Shown here one piece after another: positions 47,518 to 57,899 of a DNA stretch of 64,000 bases; the stretch's first letter is position 1, and each line of letters starts with the position of its first letter. The position numbers were made by a program, and so were the translations under genes. The stretch comes from Candidatus Pacearchaeota archaeon. Its GTDB lineage: Archaea; Nanobdellota; Nanobdellia; Pacearchaeales; JAHJTO01. The DNA lies in NCBI GenBank assembly GCA_038849525.1, contig JAWCMS010000001.1, positions 142,584 through 206,583 of the forward strand. The letters run 5' to 3'. A model generated the notes under the pieces. That model had not been told where the DNA came from and made no database searches. It saw only the letters and a list, made by a program, of their open reading frames with translations.

Positions 47518-47877
47518 TTATTTTTTCAACTTTTCATTAATCATTCTTTTAACATCATCTTCTTTTACAAATTTAAGAGGCTCGAACATTTTTATATATT
47601 TTTCAAGAATTAGCAATTCTTCTCTGCGTACGAAATCAGCGCTGTCTCTAATTAAAGACTGGAGATTTTCTTTAATACGGTCTAAATCTAAACGCATCTC
47701 TTTAACTTCATCTTTTAAAAGTGCAAATTCTTTTGACATTCTTTCTTCTGCTCTAAGAAATGATTGTGAAATAAGAAGAACCCTTTCTTTTAACATTTCA
47801 TGCCTTTCTTCAATATCTTTTATTTTTGTATTCCATTCAGCTAACAGTGCAGAAATTTCACCTATTTCTTCTACCAT
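47518..47877 (-). CDS. Coiled-coil hypothetical protein
   Basis: Heptad pattern; LEKYIKMFEPLKFV. Confidence 0.7.
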   Translation of the reverse strand: MVEEIGEISALLAEWNTKIKDIEERHEMLKERVLLISQSFLRAEERMSKEFALLKDEVKEMRLDLDRIKENLQSLIRDSADFVRREELLILEKYIKMFEPLKFVKEDDVKRMINEKLKK

Positions 47878-47946
47878 CTTTTTTCTATATTCTCATAGAA
47901 AGGTATTTTAATAAACTTTTCTTTCTATAAACATAAAAGAGGAAAA

Positions 47947-50241
47947 ATGATTTTCAGACCAGAAACAAAGTTATATTCTTATGAAGTAGTCAGAGAAGCA
48001 GGGCAGGATGTAATGTATATAAATTATATTGGACATCCAAGTGTACCTTCTATCGCTGATTCTGCAATTGTGATGGCAAGGACAATTGATAATCTAATAG
48101 AATCTCCAAGGGTTAGTAAAATTGTTTTTGTACAACAGAGAAATTATGTTTATGATCTTAATCAAACTTCATTACTCATAGAAATCGCACAGCTTTATAC
48201 TTTTCTCATCGAACAAGAAAAAATTCTTTCTCCAAAGAAATTAATTCCTTTTGGAGAGCAGCAATTTTTGCAGCAAAGGTATAATGCTATGAGGTGGCTG
48301 ATTTTAACTTTGTTAAAGCAAGATCCAATAGGTTGTTATATTGAAGCTAAGAGGTTATTAAGAGAAGAAAAAATAAATGCAGAAAGAATTGCTGCAGAGT
48401 ATGTTCATTCTGAAAATGCTTACATAAGATTACTAAGTAAAATTGTTGAAATGCTTGAAGGAACTAGGTTAATTAGAGAGGCTAGAGATATTGATATTGA
48501 AGCACATAAAATAGGAGACAGAGAAATTTATAGAAAATTTTTTAGACCAGATGTTGTTCCAAATTTCACTTTTACGAGATTAATGGCGAGTTTACCAATC
48601 GGAGCAGATATTTTAGATGAATATAAAGTAGAATCTGGATATGATAAGAGTTTAGTAACTATCTTAAAAATACCTGGAACTGGAAGACCTATTTACCATT
48701 TACAAAGTCCTGAATTTATGTTAGAAGAAAATTTTTACAGCTTAATCGATTTAGCAAGAAGTGTTTTAATTGAGCACAGGCCAAAAGCAGAAGAATTTAT
48801 CGATCCACAAAGAACAAGACAGGTTTTTTTTAATATATCTCGAGATTTATTAAGAGAATTAGCTGAAAGTAGAAAAATTTCTTTGTCTTACAGGCAACTT
48901 AACAAACTTGCAACAATTCTTGTTAGACATACAATCGGATTTGGCTTAATTGAAGTGCTTTTACAAGATGAAAGGTTACAAGATATTGTTGTAAATGCAC
49001 CTGTTTCACAAACGCCAATATTTGTAAGGCATCAGGATTTTGATGAATGTGTTACTAACATTATTCCTGCATATGAAGATGCAGAAGCGTGGGCTGCTCG
49101 TTTTAGATTAATTTCAGGAAGGCCTTTAGACGAAGCAAATCCTGTTCTTGATACTGATTTGGAGATAGAAAATGTAAGGGCAAGAGTAGCAATTATACAA
49201 CAACCATTGTCTCCGTATGGACTTGCTTATGCTTTAAGAAGACATAGAGAAAAGCCATGGACCTTACCTTTGTTCATAAAAAATAGGATGATAAACCCTA
49301 TAACTGCAGGATTATTAAGTTTTTTAATTGATGGTTCAAGAACAATTCTTTTTGCAGGGACAAGAAGTGCAGGAAAAACATCTTTGCTTGCCGCAGCAAT
49401 GCTTGAAATAATACCTAAATATAGAATAATAGTTATAGAAGATACATTAGAGATGCCCGTAAATGCATTTAAAAAACTGGGCTATGACATATTGAGAATG
49501 AAAGTTCGTTCTGCGTTGCTTAGAGAGAGCACTGAAATGGAAGCTGCTGACGGAATAAGAACGAGTTTGAGATTAGGAGATTCTTCTTTAATAGTTGGAG
49601 AAGTAAGAAGTGATGAAGCGAAAGCATTATATGAGGCAATGAGGATTGGAGCGTTAGCTAATGTTGTTGCAGGAACGATACATGGCGGCTCGCCATATGC
49701 TGTTTTTGATAGGGTTGTTAATGATTTAGGAGTGCCAATAACTTCATTTAAAGCAACCGATATCGTATTAGTTGCAAATCCGATAAAGAGTCCAGATGGG
49801 ATACATAGCTGGAGAAGAGTTACACAATTTGCAGAAATAAGGAAGCATTGGCAGAGAGATCCTTTGGAAGAAAAAGGTTTTGTTGACTTGTTAACTTATG
49901 ATGTAAAAAAAGATTCTTTAGAGCCAAGTACAGATTTAATAAACGGCGAGTCAGAAGTGATCAAAACAGTTGCAGGACAAGTAAAAGGATGGGCTGGAGA
50001 TTGGGATGCTGTATGGGATAATATTTTGCTGAGAGCAAATATAAAACAAGAATTAGTTGAAAAAGCAAAAATTACAGGTATAAAAGATCTACTTGAAGCT
50101 CCTTTTGTATTGAAGAGCAATAATATGTTTCATGAATTTTCAGATAAAATTACTAAGGAGATAGGCATTCCTGAAGGTAAAAGAGTATTTAGCGAATGGA
50201 AAGACTGGTTAAATGAAGAAATAAGAAAAAGAACTTTATAA
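47947..50241 (+). CDS. Type IV pilus / secretion ATPase (VirB11/CpaF/FlaI family)
   Basis: GTRSAGKT, VIEDTLE, SLRLGD..LIVGEVR..EA, GTIHG. Confidence 0.93.
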   Translation: MIFRPETKLYSYEVVREAGQDVMYINYIGHPSVPSIADSAIVMARTIDNLIESPRVSKIVFVQQRNYVYDLNQTSLLIEIAQLYTFLIEQEKILSPKKLIPFGEQQFLQQRYNAMRWLILTLLKQDPIGCYIEAKRLLREEKINAERIAAEYVHSENAYIRLLSKIVEMLEGTRLIREARDIDIEAHKIGDREIYRKFFRPDVVPNFTFTRLMASLPIGADILDEYKVESGYDKSLVTILKIPGTGRPIYHLQSPEFMLEENFYSLIDLARSVLIEHRPKAEEFIDPQRTRQVFFNISRDLLRELAESRKISLSYRQLNKLATILVRHTIGFGLIEVLLQDERLQDIVVNAPVSQTPIFVRHQDFDECVTNIIPAYEDAEAWAARFRLISGRPLDEANPVLDTDLEIENVRARVAIIQQPLSPYGLAYALRRHREKPWTLPLFIKNRMINPITAGLLSFLIDGSRTILFAGTRSAGKTSLLAAAMLEIIPKYRIIVIEDTLEMPVNAFKKLGYDILRMKVRSALLRESTEMEAADGIRTSLRLGDSSLIVGEVRSDEAKALYEAMRIGALANVVAGTIHGGSPYAVFDRVVNDLGVPITSFKATDIVLVANPIKSPDGIHSWRRVTQFAEIRKHWQRDPLEEKGFVDLLTYDVKKDSLEPSTDLINGESEVIKTVAGQVKGWAGDWDAVWDNILLRANIKQELVEKAKITGIKDLLEAPFVLKSNNMFHEFSDKITKEIGIPEGKRVFSEWKDWLNEEIRKRTL

Positions 50242-50252
50242 TCTAAATAAAA

Positions 50253-52376
50253 ATGGTAAATAAAAAGGTTGAAGAAATACTAAGGAGATATAGCTCACAG
50301 ATCGAAAGAGCAGTAAGGACTGAAAAGTTTGAGTCTGAATATTCAAAAGAATATCTTAAATTTAAAGAAGAACTTTCTCCAGAACTCTCAAACTATGAAA
50401 AGTTTGCAAAAAATGCTGGCAAAATAATAAAATTAAAAATAAATGAAAAAGATAAAGCAAAAATAAATGAACATTTGGAAAGAGCACATTTGGATGTTAA
50501 AGCAGAAGATGCTGTAGCATTTTCTCTTCTTTCTTTTATTATTTCACTTTTGATTTTTTCACTTTTAATTGCAACACTCTTTCTTTTAGATATTGAAGTT
50601 CCAATATTAATTATTATTCTTGCTTTTTTAATCTCTATTTTTATTTATTTTTATGTTTCTTCACTACCAGAAAAAATAAGCCAACAATGGAAATTAAAAG
50701 CAAGTTCTCAGATGGTTCCTGCAATTTTGTATATTGTTGTTTACATGAAACACACAAGCAATTTAGAGAGAGCAATTAAATTTGCAAGTCAGCATTTACA
50801 ACCTCCACTATCTCTTGATTTCAAAAAGATACTATGGGATGTTGAAACTGGAAAATATACAACAATAAAAGAGTCTTTAGATTCTTATCTTGAAGGCTGG
50901 AGAACATACAGCCCAGAATTTATAGAATCATTTCATCTTATTGAAAGTTCATTGTATGAGCCGAGCGAGGCAAGAAGGATTGCTGTTTTGGAAAAAGCAT
51001 TATCTGTCATTCTCGATGGGGTTTATGACAAAATGTTAAAATATACTCATGATGTTCAAGCACCTTTAACTAATCTTTATATGCTTGGTATTGTACTTCC
51101 AACATTAGCGATAGCCTTGTTACCTCTAGCTTCTACTTTACTTGCAGGTACAATAAAGTGGTGGTATGTTGCGATATTCTTTAATTTGATTATACCTTTT
51201 TTTGTTTATTATCTTACTTCTGGTGTTCTTGTAAAACGACCCGGAGGATATGGAGATACAGAAATGCTTGAGCTTAATCCAGAATATCCTTATTACAAAA
51301 GTAGCATTCATTATTACAAAGCTCTTATTGTTGCAATTCCTTTTTTTATAATTGGTATAATACCTTTGATGGTTTATTTTGGATTTTTCCCAGATTATAG
51401 TTTTAAAGAAATAGGAATGCAGTTTCCTTCTTTAGAAGAAATGAAAATATTTGGTTTTATAGATGGCAAAGGTCCTTTTGGTTTAGGTGCATTGATACTT
51501 AGCTTTTTTATTCCTCTTAGCATTGCATCTTTTTTATGGATTTCTTACTCATCAAAAACAAAAAAAATTTTAAAGATGAAAGAAGAGACCTTAAAGCTTG
51601 AAAGTGAATTTTCAAGTTCTTTATTTCAGCTTGGAAACAGACTGGGGGACAATATTCCAGCTGAAATGGCTTTTGGAAGAGTCGCTGAAAGTTCTAAGGG
51701 AACAGCAACAGAAGGTTTCTTTAGAACAGTCAACAGCAATATTCAGCAATTTGGAATGTCAGTAAAAGAAGCTATTTTTAATTCTAGTAGAGGAGCAATA
51801 ATCTACTATCCATCTGAACTTATCAGAACAAGCATGGAAATTCTTGTTGAATCTGTCAAACAAGGATTACAGGTTGCTGCAAATGCGATGATAAGCATTT
51901 CACAATATGTAAAAAATATCGGAAAAATAAATGAAAGGCTAAAGGATTTACTTGCAGATATAATAAGTAGTATGAAAAGCAATATGTCTTTCCTTGCACC
52001 TCTACTTGCAGGAATAGTTGTTGGCTTAGCAGCAATGATTACCACGATACTAACCAAATTGCAGCAAATGCTATCTCTTCCTGGAGGAGAAAATATCCCT
52101 CTTGCAGGTTCTACCTTAGGAAATTTAACAAAATCTTTTAATCTTGAAGCGATGATCCCTCCTTACTGGCTACAAATAGTAGTAGGAATATACTTAATAG
52201 AAATAATTTATATTTTAAGTATAACTCTTGTTTCAGTAGAGTCAGGAGTAGACAAATTAAAAGAAAAATCAGAAATTGCGAGAAATATGAAAGCCGGAAT
52301 CTTGCTTTATATACTTACTGCTCTTGCAGCATCATTGATATTATCAATGCTTGCAAGTATAGCTATAACTGTATAA
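50253..52376 (+). CDS. Pilus membrane platform protein (TadB/TadC/FlaJ-like, two domains)
   Basis: Two GspF-like units (NLERAIKFA; LFQLGNRL...PAEMAF), each followed by TM helices; follows the ATPase. Confidence 0.85.
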   Translation: MVNKKVEEILRRYSSQIERAVRTEKFESEYSKEYLKFKEELSPELSNYEKFAKNAGKIIKLKINEKDKAKINEHLERAHLDVKAEDAVAFSLLSFIISLLIFSLLIATLFLLDIEVPILIIILAFLISIFIYFYVSSLPEKISQQWKLKASSQMVPAILYIVVYMKHTSNLERAIKFASQHLQPPLSLDFKKILWDVETGKYTTIKESLDSYLEGWRTYSPEFIESFHLIESSLYEPSEARRIAVLEKALSVILDGVYDKMLKYTHDVQAPLTNLYMLGIVLPTLAIALLPLASTLLAGTIKWWYVAIFFNLIIPFFVYYLTSGVLVKRPGGYGDTEMLELNPEYPYYKSSIHYYKALIVAIPFFIIGIIPLMVYFGFFPDYSFKEIGMQFPSLEEMKIFGFIDGKGPFGLGALILSFFIPLSIASFLWISYSSKTKKILKMKEETLKLESEFSSSLFQLGNRLGDNIPAEMAFGRVAESSKGTATEGFFRTVNSNIQQFGMSVKEAIFNSSRGAIIYYPSELIRTSMEILVESVKQGLQVAANAMISISQYVKNIGKINERLKDLLADIISSMKSNMSFLAPLLAGIVVGLAAMITTILTKLQQMLSLPGGENIPLAGSTLGNLTKSFNLEAMIPPYWLQIVVGIYLIEIIYILSITLVSVESGVDKLKEKSEIARNMKAGILLYILTALAASLILSMLASIAITV

Positions 52377-52429
52377 ATAAGCAAGTAAAAATAGAATAAA
52401 AATATAAAGATATAGTGGATGATAAAAAT

Positions 52430-53341
52430 ATGAAAAATAAAAAAGGACTTACTATCACAACAATTGTAATAACTATTGTGATAATTATGTCTTTTATAAT
52501 TCTTTTAGCAGTTGTCAATCAAATAGTTGAACTAATTCCTTCTACTTTTAACAAAGAAGCATGTCGTGATTCTGTAATTGCAAGAGCAGCAATTAAGAAT
52601 CTTCCTGTTGGAGGAGAATTGGCTACAAAAAAAATTCCGTTAAAGTGTAAAACAGAATATATCTGCCTTACAATGGGGGGAGAATGTCCAACTGGTTATA
52701 ATAAAATATCTGTAAGAAATAAAGAAGACATAAACAAAGAGATTGCAAATGCGATACATGACTGTTGGTGGATGTTTGGAGAAGGAAAACTAAATTTTCT
52801 GTCTTCAGAATGGATAACAAAAGAAAAGTGTATTATTTGTTCTATAATTGCATTTGACGACAAAATTCAACAAGAGTATCCTGAAATAGCCGGATTAAAC
52901 AATTATTTATCTTATAACTTAGTTCCTAATAAAAATGTTACCTATTTACAGTATATTTCAAATAATATGGATGTACAACCTTCAATAAGTGAGAATGATA
53001 GATATTCTACTAAAGAGAAATATTCTATAATCTTCGGATATGTTGCCAAAGGAAATCTTGCAAAAAGAGTTGGTTGTATAGTTGGGGGAGGGGCAGGAGC
53101 TACAGTAGGATTTACCTTAGGAAGCGTAGTTCCTATAATTGGAAATATCGCTGGAACAGGGCTTGGTTTTACAATCGGTGCAGCAGGCTGTTACTTTGGT
53201 GCCAAAGGTGGAACAGAAGCAATAAATTTTATAAATAATTTTTTCGGAGATTACAGCAATACGGTATTGTTACAATTCTTACAATTTAACCAAAAAAACA
53301 TTGAACAGTTCGGATGTGATAAAATTGAATCAATTCCTTAA
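52430..53341 (+). CDS. Pilin-like protein with class III signal peptide and glycine-zipper segment
   Basis: MKNKKG|LTITTIV hydrophobic helix; Cys pairs; GGGAGATVG...GNIAGTGLGFTIGAAG. Confidence 0.8.
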   Translation: MKNKKGLTITTIVITIVIIMSFIILLAVVNQIVELIPSTFNKEACRDSVIARAAIKNLPVGGELATKKIPLKCKTEYICLTMGGECPTGYNKISVRNKEDINKEIANAIHDCWWMFGEGKLNFLSSEWITKEKCIICSIIAFDDKIQQEYPEIAGLNNYLSYNLVPNKNVTYLQYISNNMDVQPSISENDRYSTKEKYSIIFGYVAKGNLAKRVGCIVGGGAGATVGFTLGSVVPIIGNIAGTGLGFTIGAAGCYFGAKGGTEAINFINNFFGDYSNTVLLQFLQFNQKNIEQFGCDKIESIP

Positions 53342-54147
53342 TTAAGTCTATTCAAATTTGTATAGAACTCTTTTACACTTAAATTATATCCTGGATCTAA
53401 ACCTACATCCATTACTATAATGTTATTTTTTGTTTTTAATATTAAAAGAGGGTAGTTGTCTTCTAATTTATATTTCCATTTCAACCTAGCACCCTTAACA
53501 TACGTCCTGAGTGGTTTTTCACTTTTTGAGACTTTAATATTTTTAATTCGAGACTGCACAGCCCGGCTAAAATTAAATTGATTGGCATTTATATTTTTTA
53601 TTGTATCAACTTCTTCTTGATTGATGTTAACATTAAACTTCTTTAATGACAATACTTTTTCTTCTAAACATGTACCTTTTCCATTTTCTATTTCACTTAT
53701 TTCTTTTTCGGTAAAATCAAATTCAGAAAGAAGATATGGTTTATCTTTAAATCTTCTATAGGTATTAGTTCTTACGTTTTCATAACCGTAAAGCGCATTG
53801 ATCTTTTTTTCAGTAAAATCATTGTCAACAAAAATATTGGCGGTAACATCAACATAGTCCCCCTTTATAAAAATTTTTGGCACTATAAGAAACTCTACTT
53901 TATTGTTATCAGCGAATTTGTTATAAAGAGAAAATAATGATTTCTCTTGAACAATTTCTATAGGTGCAAGAGTCCATCCCCAATATACGCTATCAAGATA
54001 CTCATTACCATTTAAACGTAAATTTGTTATTGTCCTATAATCTATAAAAATTGGAGATTTAAACTTTGAAAATTCTTTTTTTTGGCATCCAGTAATTGTC
54101 AGATAAGCTGCAAGAAAGCCAATCTTAGCAAGTTTAGATATACTCAT
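53338..54147 (-). CDS. Hypothetical lipoprotein-like secreted protein
   Basis: MSISKLAKIGFLAAYLTITG-C lipobox-like signal. Confidence 0.6.
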   Translation of the reverse strand: MSISKLAKIGFLAAYLTITGCQKKEFSKFKSPIFIDYRTITNLRLNGNEYLDSVYWGWTLAPIEIVQEKSLFSLYNKFADNNKVEFLIVPKIFIKGDYVDVTANIFVDNDFTEKKINALYGYENVRTNTYRRFKDKPYLLSEFDFTEKEISEIENGKGTCLEEKVLSLKKFNVNINQEEVDTIKNINANQFNFSRAVQSRIKNIKVSKSEKPLRTYVKGARLKWKYKLEDNYPLLILKTKNNIIVMDVGLDPGYNLSVKEFYTNLNRLN

Positions 54148-54299
54148 TTCATAATAAAGATATTTGTTTTATTTAAGGATTTATATAGAAAAAAAATATA
54201 TTTATATAAATTAACATTTGGTTAGCTGATTTTTGATGGTTCATGATAAACACCTCTTTTATTATCTCTTTAAGTTTCTATACCTAAAAGATATACTTT

Positions 54300-55274
54300 T
54301 TAGCATGTAGCAGTTGAAGGAATATGATTTGGCAGCCCTATTCTTGCCCAATCAAAATTACTCGGATCTATTTTTCTATCTCTCATGCCTTGAAGAGTTT
54401 CATAATGGCCAATGATATGTTTATCATCATATTTTATATCAGGCCATCTTTTTATTATATCTTTAATTAAATTATTTAATGATGAGTACTGTGCATCTGT
54501 ATATCCAAAATTTTTGCATCCTGTGCTAACAAGTTCTATACCTATTGAAAAATCATTGTATGGGTATCCAGCATGGATAGCTTTTTGAGTTTCATCAACA
54601 AGATAATATATTTTGCCATCTCTATCTATTATATAATGAACAGAATTTCCAGAATTTTTGAGAAAATTATAAGCCTCTATAAAATTTGTTCCAGCGGTAT
54701 GATGCAAGACGATAGTATTAATTTTTGTATCTTTATCTCTTGGTTTTGATTGAAGGGTATAAGATGTATTGACTTTTATTTCTGGTATAGTTGTTCTTTC
54801 ATATTCTTTTAGTGTTCCTTGTTCTGAAATAACACTTAAAATAGAATATTCTGTAGGGTTATTTTTAATATAAAGTTCCATTATCTTAATTTGCATGGAA
54901 ATGCTTTTACCATCTTTTTTTAATGGTTTTTCTATATTATTACAGTATTTTTCTTCTGATTTAACTGGACAGTCTTTATCTTTGCAGATACATATACAAT
55001 TTTGGCTAGCACATATTATGGGGCTACTTTCTATTTTATCATAAGAAACAAGCCAGTATCCTTGAGGAGCATAAACAATAAAAGAATCGATATTTTCATT
55101 TTTTATATCTCTTAAAAAATTTATTAGATTTGTTAAAGTCTCTTTTGCTTGTTGTTCCTCTTTACTTTTTAAAAAATTACCATAGATGTTAGTGCATGCG
55201 CCTATTACTGCTATTATAAGAAAAACTGTAAGAAGCAGATACATTACTTCTTTTAATAAAGACATTTCGGGCAT
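54300..55274 (-). CDS. Pilin-like N-domain fused to N-acetylmuramoyl-L-alanine amidase (Amidase_2/AmpD/PGRP fold)
   Basis: N-terminal TM plus Cys-rich CICIC domain; IVLHHTAG, SVHYIIDRDG, AIHAG, NDFSIGIEL, YTDAQY, IIGH, KIDP. Confidence 0.9.
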   Translation of the reverse strand: MPEMSLLKEVMYLLLTVFLIIAVIGACTNIYGNFLKSKEEQQAKETLTNLINFLRDIKNENIDSFIVYAPQGYWLVSYDKIESSPIICASQNCICICKDKDCPVKSEEKYCNNIEKPLKKDGKSISMQIKIMELYIKNNPTEYSILSVISEQGTLKEYERTTIPEIKVNTSYTLQSKPRDKDTKINTIVLHHTAGTNFIEAYNFLKNSGNSVHYIIDRDGKIYYLVDETQKAIHAGYPYNDFSIGIELVSTGCKNFGYTDAQYSSLNNLIKDIIKRWPDIKYDDKHIIGHYETLQGMRDRKIDPSNFDWARIGLPNHIPSTATC

Positions 55275-55372
55275 TTTGCTAAAAAGAAAAAGAATTATTT
55301 AAATTTACTTGTTTATCTTATAAACAAATAAGAAAAAATGACTATTGACTAGTTACTAACCCAAATGGCTTT

Positions 55373-55648
55373 TTAGCAACTAGTAATCTCTTTACAATAT
55401 TTTACACCAATATTTCTTATTGTAACAGTTGCATTATCAAATAACTCTTGTTTGCCTACAGCCCTTGCACTCGTGCATATATCATCACATCTTGCTTTTG
55501 CTTGAGACAATTCTATTTCTGTCGTACCCATAATTTTATCCCAAAGATTTTTCATTCCTCCAGAAAAGGCTGCGGCTACTACAACTAAAACAATCAAAGC
55601 CAAGATTATTATTATAATAGTCTCGATTGAAATAGCCCCTCTTTTCAT
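55373..55648 (-). CDS. Type IV pilin (candidate major pilin)
   Basis: MKRG|AISIETIIIIILALIVLVVV with E+5. Confidence 0.88.
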   Translation of the reverse strand: MKRGAISIETIIIIILALIVLVVVAAAFSGGMKNLWDKIMGTTEIELSQAKARCDDICTSARAVGKQELFDNATVTIRNIGVKYCKEITSC

Positions 55649-55715
55649 GTTAGTTAGAATAAAAAAGTATATTTAAATATTTCTAATCCTTCAATTAAAC
55701 TAGGAATATCTAAAC

Positions 55716-57893
55716 ATGTTAGAGAGTATATTATTAAAAACAAAGAAAGCAATTCTTCCTTTAGCCATTTCTTCTACTATTCTTTCATTTTCAAATGCAT
55801 CTACACCATACATCTCAATTGTTAATCTAGATAATAAAAATTATAGAGTCTTATTTGATGAAAATAACAAACCCCATGTTAATGCTGAAAATCTAGAGAT
55901 TGCAAAAAAAGCTGCTTTTAAAGCCCTAATCAATCAAAAGTCAGAGGAGCTTGAGACGCATGTAAAATCTCTGACTTATGAGTCTCTTCAAACAATCTTT
56001 GGACCTATTGAAAGAGGCAAGGAAATTGACAATAAAATCAATACTATTGATAAATATCTTGGTTTAGACGAAGATATTCCTTTCTGGATTTTCTCTGTTC
56101 TTGAATATAGGGAAAAATTCGATAAAAAGCTTCTTGCTGATGTTTTTGAAGCATGGAAATATAGGAATAATGCATTAAAATTTTTGAAAAGCATTGAAGA
56201 AAGAGAAGATTTAGCTAATACCTACAAAAATCTTTGCATAATAGATGAAAATATTCTTGATATGACTGAAAATATAAAAGAAAAAAATGAACTTACAAGT
56301 ATTAAATTTATTCTTGATAAGAAACACATAGATTTTTTTCTTGATAAACTTTTAAGAACATGGAATTTAGAAGAAGCTAAAGAAAAAATTGAAGAAATAA
56401 AAAAAGAACTTGAAAATCCTGCTGTTAGAGAATTAAAAGAAGATTTAGAGAAAACATTAGAAGAAAGTCGAGATTATAGGAAGAATAAAGAAAAATCAAA
56501 AGAAAAAGAGATAGGAAAAATTATAAGAGATCAAGATATTATCTCGGAAACTCCTGAAAAAATTTTCCAAAAAAATTTTATTGTTCCTTTATTTACTCAA
56601 TCAAATCCTTCTTTTCAAACTTTTGAAAATCAAGAAAAAGCATCTTTAGATATTTCAATTGAAAAATATAATTTAAAGGAAGGTTGTATCTTAGAATTAA
56701 TAGTTCTTTCAGATAAAGTATTCAATAAAGCAAAAACAAATATTTTTTGCATACATTTACCAGAAACAAGAATAGGAAAGATAGGCCAAAAAGCATACAC
56801 TTTTAGTACAAGATACAGGCAGTTTAGACAATGGGAGGAAATTCTACCATATGGCCAAGATAAGTATATTCTTCTTGAGATGGATGCAACAAAATGGGCA
56901 TTCAACAAAATGATTTCGATGACAATGAAAGGAAATATAATAAAAACAAAAAATCTTCTGAGATTTATAGGTGAAAATATTTACGGAGTTGAACTTGAAA
57001 GAGATGTGAATAAGCTAAATGATAATGTTATAAAAAAATTAAATGATGCATACTCTGTTCATGGTATAAAAATTAATCCTGTAGGGGCTTTTAGGCAGGC
57101 TCAAGGTTATCTTTTTCTTATTCCGATATATAATTTTCAAAAAGACGTTATTCTCTATATGAACTTAACGATGCAATCTGGTTTGATACCATCAGAAAAA
57201 GGCTTCGGTGTACCTTCGGGATATGAGGAAGCAGAAGGAAGACTTGAAGATTTAGTGATTTCAGTAAATAAAAAAACAGCTTTTCAAGGTTTTATAACAG
57301 CCGAAGAACAGCAACAAGAAAAATATGATAAAAGTCTTATTAATTTCCTAGAGAATAAAAAAAATGAATTTGAAAAAGAAAATCCTTTCGCCACTTATGA
57401 CTATGAAATTACAGCTTATGATAAAAACAAAGCTGAAGTTAAAGTTAACTTGACATTTACGAGAAAAATTGGGCTACAAGAATGGAAAAACGAAGCTCTT
57501 AGTTTGGGGACTAAAATCCTTAATTCAAACCCTGCTGATTTAGGAAGAATTCTTGAACAAAGCAATACTGATTTATTAAACTCTGAAAAAAAAGAATTTC
57601 ATTCTTTAAAACTTTGGCTAGAAAAACAAGGAGAAAGGTGGTATGAAAAATATTCTACAGAAAAAGATATCAAAAGAAGTTTAGAGATAATAAGAAGAAT
57701 GATTAATATTTATTACGAAAATCATAAAAAGTATCCTCAAGCCCTTAAAGATTTAAGAGAAGATTTTAATGAAAAAAGTCCAGAAGTATTAGAATTATGT
57801 GAGATCGGTTCAAGAACTTTTGTAAGAGAAAGTGAACTCATTTATGATAAAAACAATGGAAAAATTTATTATAAACCATTTCTTAAATGGTAG
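55716..57893 (+). CDS. Large secreted hypothetical protein with GspG-like C-terminal motif
   Basis: Signal peptide ending SNA; C-terminal LEIIRRMINIYYENHKKYPQALKDL. Confidence 0.6.
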   Translation: MLESILLKTKKAILPLAISSTILSFSNASTPYISIVNLDNKNYRVLFDENNKPHVNAENLEIAKKAAFKALINQKSEELETHVKSLTYESLQTIFGPIERGKEIDNKINTIDKYLGLDEDIPFWIFSVLEYREKFDKKLLADVFEAWKYRNNALKFLKSIEEREDLANTYKNLCIIDENILDMTENIKEKNELTSIKFILDKKHIDFFLDKLLRTWNLEEAKEKIEEIKKELENPAVRELKEDLEKTLEESRDYRKNKEKSKEKEIGKIIRDQDIISETPEKIFQKNFIVPLFTQSNPSFQTFENQEKASLDISIEKYNLKEGCILELIVLSDKVFNKAKTNIFCIHLPETRIGKIGQKAYTFSTRYRQFRQWEEILPYGQDKYILLEMDATKWAFNKMISMTMKGNIIKTKNLLRFIGENIYGVELERDVNKLNDNVIKKLNDAYSVHGIKINPVGAFRQAQGYLFLIPIYNFQKDVILYMNLTMQSGLIPSEKGFGVPSGYEEAEGRLEDLVISVNKKTAFQGFITAEEQQQEKYDKSLINFLENKKNEFEKENPFATYDYEITAYDKNKAEVKVNLTFTRKIGLQEWKNEALSLGTKILNSNPADLGRILEQSNTDLLNSEKKEFHSLKLWLEKQGERWYEKYSTEKDIKRSLEIIRRMINIYYENHKKYPQALKDLREDFNEKSPEVLELCEIGSRTFVRESELIYDKNNGKIYYKPFLKW

Positions 57894-57899
57894 TAGATT

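Noticed and set aside
54182..54256. 20-aa ORF after a GAGGTG SD downstream of the amidase gene
   Set aside because: Too short and featureless to support
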